From the NCBI GenBank assembly GCA_018971105.1, contig JAGWVB010000002.1, forward strand, positions 513-64,512: DNA of 64,000 bases. Reading direction: 5' to 3'. The stretch's first letter is position 1, and each line of letters starts with the position of its first letter. A program made the position numbers and the translations under genes. Below the pieces are notes generated by a model. The model ran no database searches. It was not told the DNA's origin and saw only the letters and a list, made by a program, of their open reading frames with translations. This document shows, piece after piece, positions 29,442 to 41,445 of the stretch. The stretch comes from Burkholderiales bacterium. Lineage in GTDB: Bacteria; Pseudomonadota; Gammaproteobacteria; Burkholderiales; Burkholderiaceae_C.

Positions 29442-31238
29442 TCACGACGCGGGCACCGGGTTGCGCAGCCGGATGTGCAGTTCGCGCAGCTGGCCCTCGT
29501 CGACGAAGCTCGGCGCGCCGGTCAGCAGGCATTGCGCGCGCTGCGTCTTCGGGAACGCGATGACGTCGCGGATGCTCTCGGCGCCGGTCAGCAGCGTCGC
29601 GATGCGGTCCAGCCCGAAGGCCAGTCCGCCGTGCGGCGGCGCGCCGTACTGCAGCGCGTCGAGCAGGAAGCCGAACTTCAGCCGCTGCTGCTCGGGCGTG
29701 ATGTTCAGCGCCTCGAAGACCTTGGCCTGCACGTCGGCGCGGTGGATGCGCACCGAGCCGCCGCCGATCTCCCAGCCGTTGAGCACCATGTCGTAGGCCT
29801 TCGCGAGGCAGGCGCCGGGGTCGGTCTTCATCAGCGCCTCGTGCCCGTCCTTGGGCGCGGTGAACGGATGGTGGACGGCGTTCCAGCGCCCGTTCTCCTC
29901 GTCGGCCTCGAACATCGGGAAGTCGACCACCCACAGCGGCGCCCACTTGTCCTCGAACAGGCCATGGCTGCGGCCGAATTCGCTCAGGCCGATCTTCAGC
30001 CGCAGCGCGCCGAGCGCGTCGTTGACGACCTTGGCCTTGTCGGCGCCGAAGAAGATCAGGTCGCCGTTGCAGGCGCCGGTACGGGCGATGATCTCGGCCA
30101 GCGCGGCGTCGTGCAGGTTCTTGACGATCGGGCTCTGCAGGCCCTCGCGGCCCTTGCCGGCGTCGTTGACCTTGATGTAGGCCAGGCCCTTGGCGCCGTA
30201 GATCTTCACGAACTCGGTATAGCCGTCGATCTCGCCGCGGCTCAGCTCGCCGCCGCCGGGGATGCGCAGCGCCGCGACGCGGCCGCCGGCCATCGTCGCC
30301 GCGCCGGCGAAGACCTTGAAGTCCACCGTCTTCATCAGGTCGGTGAGCTCGGTGAACTCGAGCCTGACGCGCAGGTCGGGCTTGTCCGAGCCGTAGCGGT
30401 GCATCGCGTCGGCGTAGGTCAGCTCGGCGTAGACCGGCAGCTCGATCGCCATCGTCTTGCGGAACACGGTGCGGATCATCGCCTCGGTGATGGCGCGGAT
30501 CTCGTGCTCGTCGAGGAACGAGGTCTCGAGGTCGATCTGCGTGAACTCGGGCTGGCGGTCGGCGCGCAGGTCCTCGTCGCGGAAGCACTTCGTGATCTGG
30601 TAGTAGCGGTCGAAACCGGCCACCATCAGCAGCTGCTTGAACAGCTGCGGGCTCTGCGGCAGCGCGAAGAAATGGCCGTCGTGGACGCGGCTGGGGACGA
30701 GGTAGTCGCGCGCGCCCTCGGGCGTGCTCTTGGTCAGCATCGGCGTCTCGATGTCGATGAAGCCCTGCTCGTCGAGGAACTTGCGCACCTCGATGGCGAC
30801 GCGGTAGCGCAGCATCAGGTTCTTCTGCATCTGCGGCCGGCGCAGGTCGAGCACGCGGTGCGTCAGGCGCACGGTCTCGCTCAGGTTCTCGTCGTCGAGC
30901 GGGAACGGCGGCGTCACGCTCGGGTTCAGCACCTCGAGCTCATGGCACAGCACCTCGACCTTGCCGCTCGTCAGCGCCGCGTTCTCGGTGCCGGCCGGGC
31001 GCGCGCGCACGCGGCCGACGACCTTGAGGCAGAACTCGTTGCGCACGCCCTCGGCGACCTCGAACATCGCGGCGCGGTCGGGGTCGCAGACGATCTGCAC
31101 CAGGCCCTCGCGGTCGCGCAGGTCGATGAAGATCACGCCGCCATGGTCGCGGCGGCGATGGGCCCAGCCCATCAGGGTCACGGTCTGGTCCATCAGCGCT
31201 TCGCTGACCAGGCCACAGTAGGTGGTTCTCATCATCAC
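29442..31238 (-). CDS. aspS: Aspartate--tRNA ligase
   Basis: [58 protein letters not shown]. Confidence 0.98.
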   Translation of the reverse strand: MMMRTTYCGLVSEALMDQTVTLMGWAHRRRDHGGVIFIDLRDREGLVQIVCDPDRAAMFEVAEGVRNEFCLKVVGRVRARPAGTENAALTSGKVEVLCHELEVLNPSVTPPFPLDDENLSETVRLTHRVLDLRRPQMQKNLMLRYRVAIEVRKFLDEQGFIDIETPMLTKSTPEGARDYLVPSRVHDGHFFALPQSPQLFKQLLMVAGFDRYYQITKCFRDEDLRADRQPEFTQIDLETSFLDEHEIRAITEAMIRTVFRKTMAIELPVYAELTYADAMHRYGSDKPDLRVRLEFTELTDLMKTVDFKVFAGAATMAGGRVAALRIPGGGELSRGEIDGYTEFVKIYGAKGLAYIKVNDAGKGREGLQSPIVKNLHDAALAEIIARTGACNGDLIFFGADKAKVVNDALGALRLKIGLSEFGRSHGLFEDKWAPLWVVDFPMFEADEENGRWNAVHHPFTAPKDGHEALMKTDPGACLAKAYDMVLNGWEIGGGSVRIHRADVQAKVFEALNITPEQQRLKFGFLLDALQYGAPPHGGLAFGLDRIATLLTGAESIRDVIAFPKTQRAQCLLTGAPSFVDEGQLRELHIRLRNPVPAS

Positions 31239-31341
31239 ACTCCAAACGATTCGGGGGTTGTCTTGCGTCGCGGCGCTGTTGCGGGCCCGATGGCGGTCGG
31301 GCGCGTCAGGGCTGGCCGGCTGCCGGGCCGGACCAGCCCGG

Positions 31342-31989
31342 TCAATTTCGGGCGCCCGCCGCGCCCGCCGGCGCGCTCAGCTCGGGCGTGACCACGCCCA
31401 TCGAGATGACGTACTTGAGCGCCTCGTCGACGCTCATCGCCAGGCACACGACATCGTCGCGCCGCATCATCAGGAAGAAACCCGAGGTCGGGTTGGGCGT
31501 CGTCGGCACATAGACGCTGATGTGGTCCGGCCCCAGGTGCTGGGCGACCTCGCCGCCGGGCTTGCCGGTGACGAAGGCGATGGTCCAGCTGCCGGGGCGC
31601 GGGTACTGCACCAGCACGGCCTCGCGGAAGGCATTGCCGTTGCTCGAGAACAGCGTGTCCGAGACCTGCTTGACCGAGCTGTAGATCGACTTGACGATGG
31701 GGATCTTGCCCATCAGCAGGTCCCATTGGCGCAGCCACCACTGGCCGACGAAGTTGGCCGCGAAGACGCCGGTGGCCAGCATCAGCAGCAGCATCGTGAC
31801 GACGCCCATGCCCGGCACATGGCGCAGGGTCTCGATGCCGGCGCGCGCCGACTCGGGCAGCACGGCCTGCGTCGCCGACAGCAGCCAGGCGAAGACGCCG
31901 TCGAGCGACCCGAGCACCCACGAGAGGACCCAGATCGTGATCGCCAGCGGCAACCACACCAGCAAGCCGGCGACGAGATATTTCTTCAC
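31342..31989 (-). CDS. DUF502 membrane protein
   Basis: [38 protein letters not shown]. Confidence 0.9.
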   Translation of the reverse strand: MKKYLVAGLLVWLPLAITIWVLSWVLGSLDGVFAWLLSATQAVLPESARAGIETLRHVPGMGVVTMLLLMLATGVFAANFVGQWWLRQWDLLMGKIPIVKSIYSSVKQVSDTLFSSNGNAFREAVLVQYPRPGSWTIAFVTGKPGGEVAQHLGPDHISVYVPTTPNPTSGFFLMMRRDDVVCLAMSVDEALKYVISMGVVTPELSAPAGAAGARN

Positions 31990-31998
31990 GGGCGGCGT

Positions 31999-32370
31999 TC
32001 AGTCGCTCGAGGCCGGCGGCGCCGCCGCCGGGCTCGCCGGGGCTGGCGCCGCTGCCGGCGCGGCGGGCTTGTCGGCAGGCTTGTCGGCGGATTTGTCGGC
32101 CGCCTTGTCGGCCGCCTTGTCGCCTGCACCGCCCCCTTCGGCGGCCGTCGCGTCGCCCTGGCCCTCGGTCTTCGCGGGCGCGCTGTTGCCGCCGCGGAAG
32201 TCGGTCACGTACCAGCCCGAACCCTTGAGCTGGAAGCCGGCCGCGGTGACCTGCTTCTGGTAGGTCGCGGCGCCGCAGGCCGGGCAGACGGTGAGCACCG
32301 GGTCCGAGATCTTCTGCAGAACGTCCTGCGCATGGCCGCAGCCGGCACAGCGATAGGCGTAGATGGGCAT
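31999..32370 (-). CDS. FmdB-family zinc-ribbon protein with low-complexity tail
   Basis: MPIYAYRCAGCG...CPACG...FQLKGSGWYVTDFR; DKAA/DKPA repeats. Confidence 0.9.
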   Translation of the reverse strand: MPIYAYRCAGCGHAQDVLQKISDPVLTVCPACGAATYQKQVTAAGFQLKGSGWYVTDFRGGNSAPAKTEGQGDATAAEGGGAGDKAADKAADKSADKPADKPAAPAAAPAPASPAAAPPASSD

Positions 32371-32397
32371 GGCTAAATGGTTGATTCGAAAGGCGAA

Positions 32398-32403
32398 ATT
32401 ATA
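32398..32403 (-). promoter_or_regulatory. Perfect sigma70 -10 hexamer upstream of the fmdB-DUF502-aspS run
   Basis: TATAAT on the minus strand 28 nt before the fmdB ATG; no clear -35. Confidence 0.45.
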
Positions 32404-32406
32404 GGG

Positions 32407-33969
32407 TTACCCCGAAGACAAGGCGGGCAGCAGGGCGCGCATCACGATCAGCCCGGCGGCAAAGCCCAGCGCCAGCCACAACAGCGTCTGCAACAGGCGG
32501 TTCGTGCGGCGCTGTTCGGCCAGCAAGGCCTGCAGCGCCTGGGCGCCTGGCGCCGGGTGCGCGCGCCGGTGCAGCGCGCCGTGCAGCAGGCGCGGCAGCT
32601 CGGGCAGCAGCTGGGCGTAGCGCGGCGCTTCCTGCTGCAGCCGCTCGACGAGGCCGCGCCAGCCGATCTGCTCGTTCATCCAGCGCTCGAGGAAGGGCTT
32701 GGCCGTGACCCAGAGGTCGAGCTCGGGGTCGAGCTGGCGCCCCAGGCCCTCGATGTTGAGCAGCGTCTTCTGCAGCAGCACGAGCTGGGGCTGGATCTCG
32801 ACGTTGAAGCGGCGCGAGGTCTGGAACAGCCGCATCAGCACCTGGCCGAGCGAGATGTCCTTGAGCGGGCGGTCGAAATGCGGTTCGCAGACGGCGCGGA
32901 TCGCGCTCTCGAGCGCGTCGATGCGGGTGTCGGGCGGCACCCAGCCGCTTTCGACGTGCAGCTCGGCGACGCGCTTGTAGTCGCGCCTGAAGAAGGCGAT
33001 GAAGTTGTACGCGAGGTACTCCTTGTCGCTTTCGGTGAGCGTGCCGATGATGCCGAAGTCGAGCGCGATGTAGCGCCCGAAGGTCCTCGGATCCAGGCTC
33101 ACCTGGATGTTGCCCGGGTGCATGTCGGCGTGGAAGAAGCCGTCGCGGAAGACCTGGGTGAAGAAGATCGTGACGCCGTCGCGCGCGAGCTTGGGGATGT
33201 CGACGCCGGCGGCGCGGATGCGCTCGATCTGGCTGATAGGCACGCCGTGCATGCGCTCCATCACCATCACCGTGGGCGTGCACAGCTCCCACACCATCTC
33301 GGGCACGAGGACGAGGTTCAGCCCCGCCATGTTGCGCCGCAGCTGGGCCGCGTTGGCGGCCTCGCGCACGAGATCGAGCTCGTCGTGCAAGTAGCCGTCG
33401 AATTCGGCCACGACCTCGCGCGGCTTGAGCCGCTTGCCGTCGGCCGAGAGCCGCTCGACCCAGCGCGCCAGCAGGTGCAGCAGCGTCAGGTCCTGGTCGA
33501 TGACCTCGAGCATGCCCGGGCGCAGCACCTTCACGGCGACCTCGCGCCCGCCCGGCAGCGTCGCGAAATGGACCTGGGCGATCGACGCGCTGGCCACCGG
33601 CTCGGCATCGAAGCTCGCGAACACCTGCTCGACCGGCTTGCCGTAGGCCTTCTCGACCAGCGCGCGCGCCTGCGCCGCCGGGATCGGCGGCACGCGGTCC
33701 TGCAGCTTGGCGAGTTCGTCGGCGACATCCAGCGGCATCAGGTCGCGCCGCGTCGACAGCACCTGGCCGAACTTGACGAAGATCGGCCCCAGCCGCTCGA
33801 GCCCCAGGCGCAGGCGCTCGCCGCGCGGCGCGTCGAGGCGGCGCCCGATCGTGACCAGGCGCACGAAGCCGCGCACCGAGCGCTGCCGGAACGACGACAG
33901 CGCGACCTCGTCGAGCCCGAAGCGCAGGACCGTGACGACGATCGTGACGAGGCGGCCGAAGTGGATCAA
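32407..33969 (-). CDS. ubiB: Ubiquinone biosynthesis kinase-like protein UbiB
   Basis: [43 protein letters not shown]; TTG start overlapping the ubiJ stop. Confidence 0.95.
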   Translation of the reverse strand: MIHFGRLVTIVVTVLRFGLDEVALSSFRQRSVRGFVRLVTIGRRLDAPRGERLRLGLERLGPIFVKFGQVLSTRRDLMPLDVADELAKLQDRVPPIPAAQARALVEKAYGKPVEQVFASFDAEPVASASIAQVHFATLPGGREVAVKVLRPGMLEVIDQDLTLLHLLARWVERLSADGKRLKPREVVAEFDGYLHDELDLVREAANAAQLRRNMAGLNLVLVPEMVWELCTPTVMVMERMHGVPISQIERIRAAGVDIPKLARDGVTIFFTQVFRDGFFHADMHPGNIQVSLDPRTFGRYIALDFGIIGTLTESDKEYLAYNFIAFFRRDYKRVAELHVESGWVPPDTRIDALESAIRAVCEPHFDRPLKDISLGQVLMRLFQTSRRFNVEIQPQLVLLQKTLLNIEGLGRQLDPELDLWVTAKPFLERWMNEQIGWRGLVERLQQEAPRYAQLLPELPRLLHGALHRRAHPAPGAQALQALLAEQRRTNRLLQTLLWLALGFAAGLIVMRALLPALSSG

Positions 33970-34508
33970 GGATTGCGCGCGCGCAGGCGCTCGCCGAACG
34001 CGCCGGCGCCTTTGGACGCGAGGTCCAGCGCCGAGCGCAGCGCCCGCGCCAGCGTCGAGCCGATGCGGTGGATCGTCGACCCGACCGCGGGGCCGAACAG
34101 GCGCTCGAGGTCGGCGGCGACATCCCAGCGCAGGTTCTGGATCAGCCAGCCCACATCGGCGGCGAGCTGCGCATCGCCGTCGATCTGCACCGGCGGCGCC
34201 TCGCCGCCGAGCGCGCGTGCCACCAGCAGCGCCGGATTCGCGGCCTCGAGATGCACGGCGAGCTCGGGCGCGGCGCCGCCGTCGACGCCGCTCCACTCCA
34301 GCATGCCGGCCGGTGTCACGCGCCAGGCCAGGCGCGGCGGCGCCGGCAGCAGCGCCGGCCAGCGCTCGATCTGCAGCGCCAGCTCGCGTCCGGCATGCGG
34401 GCGCAGGCGCGCGGTGGCCGCCGGCTCGGCGGCCAGCACATGGTTGATGACCAGCGTCAGGCGCTCGGCCAGGGCGGGGGCGACCAGCGCCTGCAGATCT
34501 TGAAGCAT
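33966..34508 (-). CDS. ubiJ: Ubiquinone biosynthesis accessory factor UbiJ (SCP2 domain)
   Basis: [36 protein letters not shown]; coupled to ubiB. Confidence 0.85.
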   Translation of the reverse strand: MLQDLQALVAPALAERLTLVINHVLAAEPAATARLRPHAGRELALQIERWPALLPAPPRLAWRVTPAGMLEWSGVDGGAAPELAVHLEAANPALLVARALGGEAPPVQIDGDAQLAADVGWLIQNLRWDVAADLERLFGPAVGSTIHRIGSTLARALRSALDLASKGAGAFGERLRARNP

Positions 34509-34617
34509 TCAGGTCCACCCGGCCTGTGCACGGGTCCTGGAAGCCCCCGAGGTCACGGAGGAGCCCTTCCGGGTCCCCGGAAGCGGCGAGCGCAGCGAGC
34601 GTGGCGGTTTCATGCCA

Positions 34618-34633
34618 GCGATTGTAGGCAGCG
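34618..34633 (-). promoter_or_regulatory. Promoter-like 16-mer with TACAAT upstream of ubiJ
   Basis: CGCTGCCTACAATCGC on the minus strand; identical 16-mer at 59497-59512 upstream of argJ. Confidence 0.5.
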
Positions 34634-34800
34634 CCCCGCCGTCACCGGCCGCACGGGGTATCCGGAGCGTCCAAAGGGTCTCGGACGATGCGACAGAATG
34701 ACTCGATCGCCCCAGGGCAGACCCTGCTCCGCCGTTTCCCGACCTGGCATCGGGTCCCCGCGCGGCAGCCGCTCCGCATCGCACCCGCCGGCCGTTTCCG

Positions 34801-35860
34801 ATGTTCGAGGACCGAGGGTACAAGCGCACTTTCTACAGCGCGCCCCAGTCGGTGACTTCGCTGTTCGCGGCCTTCCTCGAGCCCTCGATCACGGTGTCGG
34901 TCGTCGTCGGCGCCGGCAGGCTCGGCGTCAAGGTCGCGCAGGCCTTCCGCGCGCGCGGCGACATCGGGCTCGAATTCCTCGGCCATTTCGACGCCCGCGC
35001 CGACGAGCGCGCCGACGACGCCGCCTTCCAGCGCCTGGGCTGCCTGCACCAGGTCGGCCCCTACACCTGCGCGCAGGGCGTGCACGAGGTCTGCATCACG
35101 CTGCCGCTGGGATCGCAGCCGCGCATCGTCGCGCTGCTCGCGCGGGTGCAGGGGACGACGGCGAGCGTCTTCTCCGTGCCCGACGTGTTCGGCATCAGCA
35201 TCATCCAGGGCCGGCTGCAGGACATGAACGGCGTGCCCGTCGTCGGCCTGTGCGAGACGCCGTTCACCGGCACCAACCGCCTCGTCAAGCGCCTGAGCGA
35301 CATCCTGCTCGCCTCGGGCATCCTGGTGCTGATCGCACCGGTGCTGGCGCTGATCGCGCTCGGCATCAGGCTCAGCCCGCCGGGGCCGGTGATCTTCAGG
35401 CAGCGCCGCAACGGCCTGGACGGCGGCGAGATCGTCGTCTACAAGTTCCGCTCGATGCGCACCCAGGACGACGGCGCCGTGATCCGCCAGGCGACCAGGG
35501 ACGACGCGCGCATCACGCCCTGCGGCGCCTTCCGGCGCCGCACCTCGCTGGACGAACTGCCGCAGTTCGTCAACGTGCTGCAGGAGCGCATGAGCATCGT
35601 CGGCCCGCGCCCGCATGCGGTCGCGCCCAACGAGCAGTACCGCCGGCTCATCAAGGCCTCCCAGGTGCGCCACAAGGTCAAGCCCGGCATCACCGGCCGG
35701 GCCCAGGCGCACGGCCTGCGCGGCGAGACGCACAAGACAGACAAGATGCAGGCGCGCGTCGAATACGACCTCGAGTACCTGCGCAACTGGTCGCTCGGGC
35801 TCGATCTGCAGATCATCGCCCGCACCGTCAAGGTGTGTTCTTCGACCGCAACGCGTATGG
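34801..35860 (+). pseudogene. Degenerate undecaprenyl-phosphate glucose phosphotransferase (WcaJ/EpsB-like)
   Basis: Sugar-transferase core (RTSLDELPQ, GPRPHA, KPGITG, DLEYLRNWS) present; membrane block missing after EPSITV; natural end VFFDRNAY is in another frame and lacks its stop. Confidence 0.8.
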
Positions 35861-35966
35861 AGCGCCCCCAGACCTGCCGCTGCGCGTCAGGTCCCCCGGG
35901 ACCCAAAGGGGCCCCTGCGAGGCCCTTGGGGGTCAAGGAAACTTGGGAGCGGCCCGGCGTTTCCTC

Positions 35967-36941
35967 GTGAGCATCGGCCGGCTCCAGCTGAGGTCCGCCA
36001 TCCGCATCGGCGCTCGCGCCGCCCGCCTCCTGCTGGGCGCCGCAGCGCTCGGCGCCGGCAACGCCCGGGCCGACGCGTCGCCCTATGTGCTGGCCGCCGG
36101 CATCACGACGACGCACGACTCGAACCTGCTGGCGCTCGGCGACGGCGGCGTCGCGCCGGCCGGCTTCGCGCGCACCGACGCCGTCACCGGCGCGCAGCTG
36201 GTGGGCGGATTCCACAAGGCCTACGGCCGCCAGCACGACTACGGCAACGCCTCGATCTTCGGCATCACGCTGGGCGAGGCACTGGCGGTCTACCCGAACT
36301 ACTACCGGCGGCCCGACGGCAGCTTCGAGCGCGACCGCTATACGCAGCCGACGCTGGACCTCAGCGCACAGTACCGGCCCACCGCCGCCAGCGCCTTCGA
36401 GGCGCGCCTGGGCTACCAGCACACGCGCTACGACCTCGACGCGCCGCGCGACGGCTCCGGCGCCACGGCGCCCCTGAACTGGACCTGGCAGCCGAGCTAC
36501 CGCACGCGCGTGCTGACGCGCCATGCGCACGACACGGGGCAGAACGCCTACAGCACCACGGTGCCGACGATCGACTGGAGCCGCTTCCAGATCATCGACA
36601 TCCAGGGCATCTCGGCCTATAGCCAGACCTACGACACGCTGCGCCTGCAGGGCGAAACCAGCTCGGCCCCAAGACCGGCTTCACCGCGGCCGTGCAGACG
36701 GTCCGGCGCCGCCTGGGCAATTGTTCAGCAGCGGATCGAACCTCTGCGGCAACTACCGCCTGCGCGGGAGCGACCGCACGACGACGCGCTCCTTCGGCGT
36801 GCGCTGGGCCCCCTGCGGAGTGTGAATTTCGGCTGCGATGACGCCGCGACGCGACGCAGCGCCGGCGGCGACCCCGGACTGACCTACCCGCTGCACGACA
36901 ATATCGTCTCCTGCCACGGCCAGTTCCTACTGCAACGATGA
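35967..36941 (+). pseudogene. Frameshifted exopolysaccharide-associated outer-membrane beta-barrel gene (EpsL-like)
   Basis: Signal peptide, THDSNLL, alternating beta-strand pattern, terminal SCHGQFLLQR; strand-like segments LGPKTGFTAAVQ and DRTTTRSFGVRW lie in other frames. Confidence 0.65.
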
Positions 36942-37957
36942 AATCCACGGTCCTGCTCACCGGCGCCACCGGCTATATCGCCAGCCACACCTGGCTGGCC
37001 CTGCAGGAGGCGGGCTACGAGGTGGTCGGGGTCGACGACTACTCCAACAGCTCGCCGGTCGTGCTCGAGCGGCTGCGCGAGATCGGCGGCCGCGTGCCGG
37101 TGTTCGAGCGCGCCGACTGCGGCGACGCGGCGGCGATGGAGGCGATCTTCCAGCGCCACCGCATCGACGCGACGGTGCATTTCGCGGCCCGCAAGGCGGT
37201 CGGCGAGTCGACCGCGAAGCCGCTGGACTACTACGCCAACAACCTCGGCAGCCTCGTCAACGTCTGCCGCACGATGCAGCGCCACGGCGTGCGCCGCTTC
37301 GTCTTCAGCAGCAGCGCCACCGTCTACGGCCAGCCGGAGCGGCTGCCGCTGCGCGAGGACGCGCCGGTCTCGGCCACCAATCCCTACGGCCAGACCAAGC
37401 TCATCGGCGAGCAGATCCTGCGCGATCTCGGCGCCGCCGACCCGGCCTGGCAGACCGGCTGCCTGCGCTACTTCAACCCGGTCGGCGCGCACGCGAGCGG
37501 CCGCATCGGCGAGGACCCGCGCGGCGTGCCCAACAACCTGATGCCCTATGTCGCGCAGGTGGCCGTGGGCCGGCGCGAGCGGCTGGCGGTGTTCGGCAAC
37601 GACTACCCGACGCCCGACGGCACGGGCGTGCGCGACTACATCCACGTCGTCGACCTCGCCGAAGGCCATGTCGCAGCGCTGCGCCGGCTGTTCGAGGCCG
37701 AGGGCTCCTACACCGTCAACCTCGGCACCGGGCGCGGCTACAGCGTGCTCGAACTCGTCGCCGCCTACGCCGCCGCGAGCGGACGCGAGATCCCCTACCG
37801 CATCGAGGCGCGCCGTCCCGGCGACGTCGCGGCCTGCTATGCCGACCCGACGCTGGCGCGCGAGCTGCTGGGCTGGTCGGCGCGGCATGACCTGGCGCGC
37901 ATGTGCGCCGACAGCTGGCGCTGGCAGGCGCTGAATCCGCGCGGTTTCGAAGCATGA
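36938..37957 (+). CDS. galE: UDP-glucose 4-epimerase
   Basis: TGATGYIASH, FSSSATVYG, YGQTK, LRYFNPVGAH, DGTGVRDYIHV. Confidence 0.96.
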   Translation: MKSTVLLTGATGYIASHTWLALQEAGYEVVGVDDYSNSSPVVLERLREIGGRVPVFERADCGDAAAMEAIFQRHRIDATVHFAARKAVGESTAKPLDYYANNLGSLVNVCRTMQRHGVRRFVFSSSATVYGQPERLPLREDAPVSATNPYGQTKLIGEQILRDLGAADPAWQTGCLRYFNPVGAHASGRIGEDPRGVPNNLMPYVAQVAVGRRERLAVFGNDYPTPDGTGVRDYIHVVDLAEGHVAALRRLFEAEGSYTVNLGTGRGYSVLELVAAYAAASGREIPYRIEARRPGDVAACYADPTLARELLGWSARHDLARMCADSWRWQALNPRGFEA

Positions 37958-38015
37958 GCGCGCCGGACCGCTCCCCGGCGCGCCGCCCCGAGCACGCATC
38001 ACCAAAGGTTTAGTC

Positions 38016-39449
38016 ATGACTTCCATCGCCGTCCAGCCGGTCATCATGGCCGGCGGCTCGGGCACGCGGCTGTGGCCGCTGTCGCGCGCCGGTTTCCCGA
38101 AGCAGTTCCTGGTCCTCTCGGGCGACAGCAGCCTGTTCCAGCAGGCCGCGGCGCGGCTGCAGGACCTGGGCGACGCGCGCATCGCCGTCGCGGCGCCGCT
38201 CGTCGTCGGCAACGAGGACCATCGTTTCCTCGTCCTCGACCAGCTGCGCGAGCTGAAGATCGAGCCCGCCGCCGTGCTGCTCGAACCGGTGGGCCGCAAC
38301 ACCGCGCCGGCGGTGACGCTGGCGGCGCTGCAGGCGCTGGAGTCGCCGGCGGGCGGCGCCGACCCGGTGCTCGTCGTCGCCGCCGCCGACCAGACGGTGA
38401 CCGACGGCGCCGCCTACACCGCCGCGCTGCGCGGGGCGATCGCGATGGCGGCCGAGGGCGCGATCGCCATCCTCGGCGTCCACCCCGACCGGCCCGAGAC
38501 CGGCTACGGCTACATCCGCGCCGAGGGCGAGCGCGTGGCGGAGTTCGTCGAGAAACCCGACCTCGCGACCGCGCAGCGCTACCTCGCCGCAGGCAGCTAC
38601 TACTGGAACGCCGGCATGTTCGTGCTGCGCGCCTCGGTCTGGATGGCGGCACTCGAGCGCTTCCGTCCCGACATCGCCGCCGCCTGCCGCAAGGCCTGGG
38701 CCGCGCGCAGCGGCGATGCGAAGTTCGTGCGTCCCGGCAAGGCCGAATTCGCCGCCGTGCCGAGCGAATCGGTCGACTACGCGGTGATGGAGCGCTGCCC
38801 GGGGCTGCTCGACATCCGCATGCAGCCGCTGGCCGCGGGCTGGAACGACCTCGGCGCCTGGGAGGCCGTGTGGCAGGTGGCCGAGAAGGACGGCGCCGGC
38901 AACGCCAGCGTCGGCGACGCCATCGTCAGCGACAGCCGCAACACGCTGGTGCACGCGACGAGCCGGCTCGTCAGCGTCGTCGGGCTCGAGGACGTCGTCG
39001 TCGTCGAGACGCCCGACGCCGTGCTCGTCGCCAGCCGCGGGAAGAGCCAGGACGTGAAGAACATCGTCAACCAGCTCGGCCGCGAACAGCGCGGCGAGCA
39101 GGCGCTGCACCGCAAGGTGCACCGCCCCTGGGGCTGGTACGACGGCATCGACCAGGGCCCGCGGCACCAGGTCAAGCGCATCCTCGTCAAACCCGGCGCC
39201 AGCTTGAGCCTGCAGATGCACCACCACCGCGCCGAGCATTGGATCGTCGTCAGCGGCACCGCCGAGGTTACCAACGGCGACAAGGTGATCCTGCTGAGCG
39301 AGAACCAGAGCACCTACATCCCGCTCGGCCAGACGCACCGGCTCGCCAACCCGGGCAAGGTGCCGCTCGAGATCATCGAAGTGCAGTCGGGCAGCTACCT
39401 GGGCGAGGACGATATCGTCCGCTTCGAAGACACCTACGGCAGAACATGA
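38016..39449 (+). CDS. manC: Mannose-1-phosphate guanylyltransferase / mannose-6-phosphate isomerase
   Basis: [41 protein letters not shown]. Confidence 0.95.
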   Translation: MTSIAVQPVIMAGGSGTRLWPLSRAGFPKQFLVLSGDSSLFQQAAARLQDLGDARIAVAAPLVVGNEDHRFLVLDQLRELKIEPAAVLLEPVGRNTAPAVTLAALQALESPAGGADPVLVVAAADQTVTDGAAYTAALRGAIAMAAEGAIAILGVHPDRPETGYGYIRAEGERVAEFVEKPDLATAQRYLAAGSYYWNAGMFVLRASVWMAALERFRPDIAAACRKAWAARSGDAKFVRPGKAEFAAVPSESVDYAVMERCPGLLDIRMQPLAAGWNDLGAWEAVWQVAEKDGAGNASVGDAIVSDSRNTLVHATSRLVSVVGLEDVVVVETPDAVLVASRGKSQDVKNIVNQLGREQRGEQALHRKVHRPWGWYDGIDQGPRHQVKRILVKPGASLSLQMHHHRAEHWIVVSGTAEVTNGDKVILLSENQSTYIPLGQTHRLANPGKVPLEIIEVQSGSYLGEDDIVRFEDTYGRT

Positions 39450-39474
39450 CCATCCTCGTCAAGGAGCAGCAACC

Positions 39475-40536
39475 ATGACCGTACTGGTCACCGGGGGCGC
39501 CGGCTTCATCGGCAGCAACTTCGTGCTGGACTGGCTCGCCCAGTCCGACGAGACGGTCGTCAACCTCGACGCGCTGACCTACGCCGGCAACCGCCGCAAC
39601 CTGGCCGCGCTGGACGGCGACGCGCGCCATGTCTTCGTCCATGGCGACGTCGTCGACCGCGCCTTGCTCGACCGCCTGCTGGCCGAGCATCGGCCGCGCG
39701 CGATCGTCCATTTCGCCGCCGAGAGCCATGTCGACCGCAGCATCCACGGCCCGGGCGCGTTCATGAAGACCAACGTCGAGGGCACGTTCACGCTGCTCGA
39801 GGCGGCGCGCGCGCACTGGTCGGCGCTGGAAGCCGATGCGAAGTCGGCTTTCCGCTTCCACCATGTCTCGACCGACGAGGTCTACGGCAGCCTGGCCGCC
39901 GACGCGCCGGCCTTCACCGAGACCCATCCCTACGAGCCCAACAGCCCGTACAGCGCGAGCAAGGCCGCCAGCGACCACCTGGTGCGCGCCTGGCACCACA
40001 CCTACGGCCTGCCGGTGCTGACGAGCAACTGCAGCAACAACTACGGGCCCTTCCATTTTCCCGAGAAGCTGATCCCGCTGATGATCGTCAACGCGCTGGC
40101 CGGCAAGCCGCTGCCGATCTACGGCGACGGCCAGCAGGTGCGCGACTGGCTCTACGTCGGCGACCATTGCAGCGCCATCCGCGCCGTGCTCGCGCGCGGC
40201 CGCGTCGGCGAGACGTACAACATCGGCGGCTGGAACGAGCAGACGAACAAGCAGATCGTGCACCAGGTCTGCGCCCTGCTCGACGAGCTGCGCCCGAGCG
40301 CCGAGGGACCCTACGCGCGGCTGATCACCCATGTCACCGACCGCCCGGGCCATGACCGGCGCTATGCGATCGACGCGCGCAAGATCGAGCGCGAACTCGG
40401 CTGGCGCCCGGCCGAGACCTTCGCCAGCGGCATCCGCAAGACGGTGCAGTGGTACCTGGAGCATGGCGACTGGGTCGCCGATGTGCTGAGCGGCGGCTAC
40501 CGCGACTGGGTCGCGACGAACTACAACGCGCGATGA
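39475..40536 (+). CDS. rfbB: dTDP-glucose 4,6-dehydratase
   Basis: [48 protein letters not shown]. Confidence 0.97.
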   Translation: MTVLVTGGAGFIGSNFVLDWLAQSDETVVNLDALTYAGNRRNLAALDGDARHVFVHGDVVDRALLDRLLAEHRPRAIVHFAAESHVDRSIHGPGAFMKTNVEGTFTLLEAARAHWSALEADAKSAFRFHHVSTDEVYGSLAADAPAFTETHPYEPNSPYSASKAASDHLVRAWHHTYGLPVLTSNCSNNYGPFHFPEKLIPLMIVNALAGKPLPIYGDGQQVRDWLYVGDHCSAIRAVLARGRVGETYNIGGWNEQTNKQIVHQVCALLDELRPSAEGPYARLITHVTDRPGHDRRYAIDARKIERELGWRPAETFASGIRKTVQWYLEHGDWVADVLSGGYRDWVATNYNAR

Positions 40537-41432
40537 AGATACTGCTGCTCGGCAAGAACGGCCAGGTCGGCTGGGAACTGCAGCGGTCGCTGGCGCCGCT
40601 GGGCGAGGTCGTCGCTTGCGATTTCGACAGCGCCGGTGACTTGAAGGCCGACTTCAGCCGCCCCGAATCGCTGCTGCCGCTGATTCGCAGCGTGCGCCCC
40701 GACATCATCGTCAATTCCGCCGCGCACACCGCCGTCGACCAGGCCGAGAGCGAGCCCGAACGGGCGCGCGCCATCAACGCCGCCGCGCCGGGGCTGATCG
40801 CGCGCGAGGCGGCGGCGCTCGGCGCGCTGCTCGTGCACTACAGCACCGATTACGTCTTCGACGGCAGCGGCGACGCGCCGCGCGACGAGACCGCCGCGAC
40901 GGCGCCGCTGAGCGTCTACGGCCGCACCAAGCTCGAGGGCGAGGAGCTGATCCGCGCCGCGGGCGGGCCGCACCTGATCCTGCGCACGAGCTGGGTCTAC
41001 GCGGCGCGCGGCGGCAATTTCGCGCGCACGATGCTCAAGCTCGCGGCCGAGCGCGAGGCGCTGAACGTCATCGCCGATCAATACGGTGCGCCGACCGGCG
41101 CCGAGCTGCTCGCCGATGTCACCGCGCATGCGCTGCGCCGCACGCTGGCCGTGCCCGCACTGGCCGGCACCTACCATTGCGTGGCCGCCGGCGAGACCCA
41201 TTGGCATGGCTACGCGACGCATGTCATCGACTGGGCGCGTGCCCAGGGCGTGCCGATCCGCGTCGCTGCCGACGCCGTCAAGCCGATCCCCACCAGCGCC
41301 TACCCGACGCCGGCGCGGCGGCCGCTGAATTCGCGGCTGGACACGAAGAAGCTGCGGGCGGCGTTCGACCTCGCGCTGCCCGACTGGCGCGGCGGCGTCG
41401 ACCGCATGCTGACCGAGATCCACGCCCGCTGA
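40533..41432 (+). CDS. rfbD: dTDP-4-dehydrorhamnose reductase
   Basis: [35 protein letters not shown]. Confidence 0.96.
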   Translation: MKILLLGKNGQVGWELQRSLAPLGEVVACDFDSAGDLKADFSRPESLLPLIRSVRPDIIVNSAAHTAVDQAESEPERARAINAAAPGLIAREAAALGALLVHYSTDYVFDGSGDAPRDETAATAPLSVYGRTKLEGEELIRAAGGPHLILRTSWVYAARGGNFARTMLKLAAEREALNVIADQYGAPTGAELLADVTAHALRRTLAVPALAGTYHCVAAGETHWHGYATHVIDWARAQGVPIRVAADAVKPIPTSAYPTPARRPLNSRLDTKKLRAAFDLALPDWRGGVDRMLTEIHAR

Positions 41433-41445
41433 AGGAATCGACGCC

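Noticed and set aside
32068-32122. 12-bp repeats in the fmdB-like gene
   Set aside because: Encode an ordinary low-complexity DKAA/DKPA tail common in this family
34520-34610. Structured ncRNA (SRP-like) upstream of ubiJ
   Set aside because: Only an 8-bp hairpin and a REP-like GCGAGCGCAGCGAGCG tract; lacks the SRP GGAAGGAAGCAGC core
34068-36941. 957-aa plus-strand ORF as one gene
   Set aside because: Composite of ubiJ antisense, an off-frame wcaJ region and the barrel remnant
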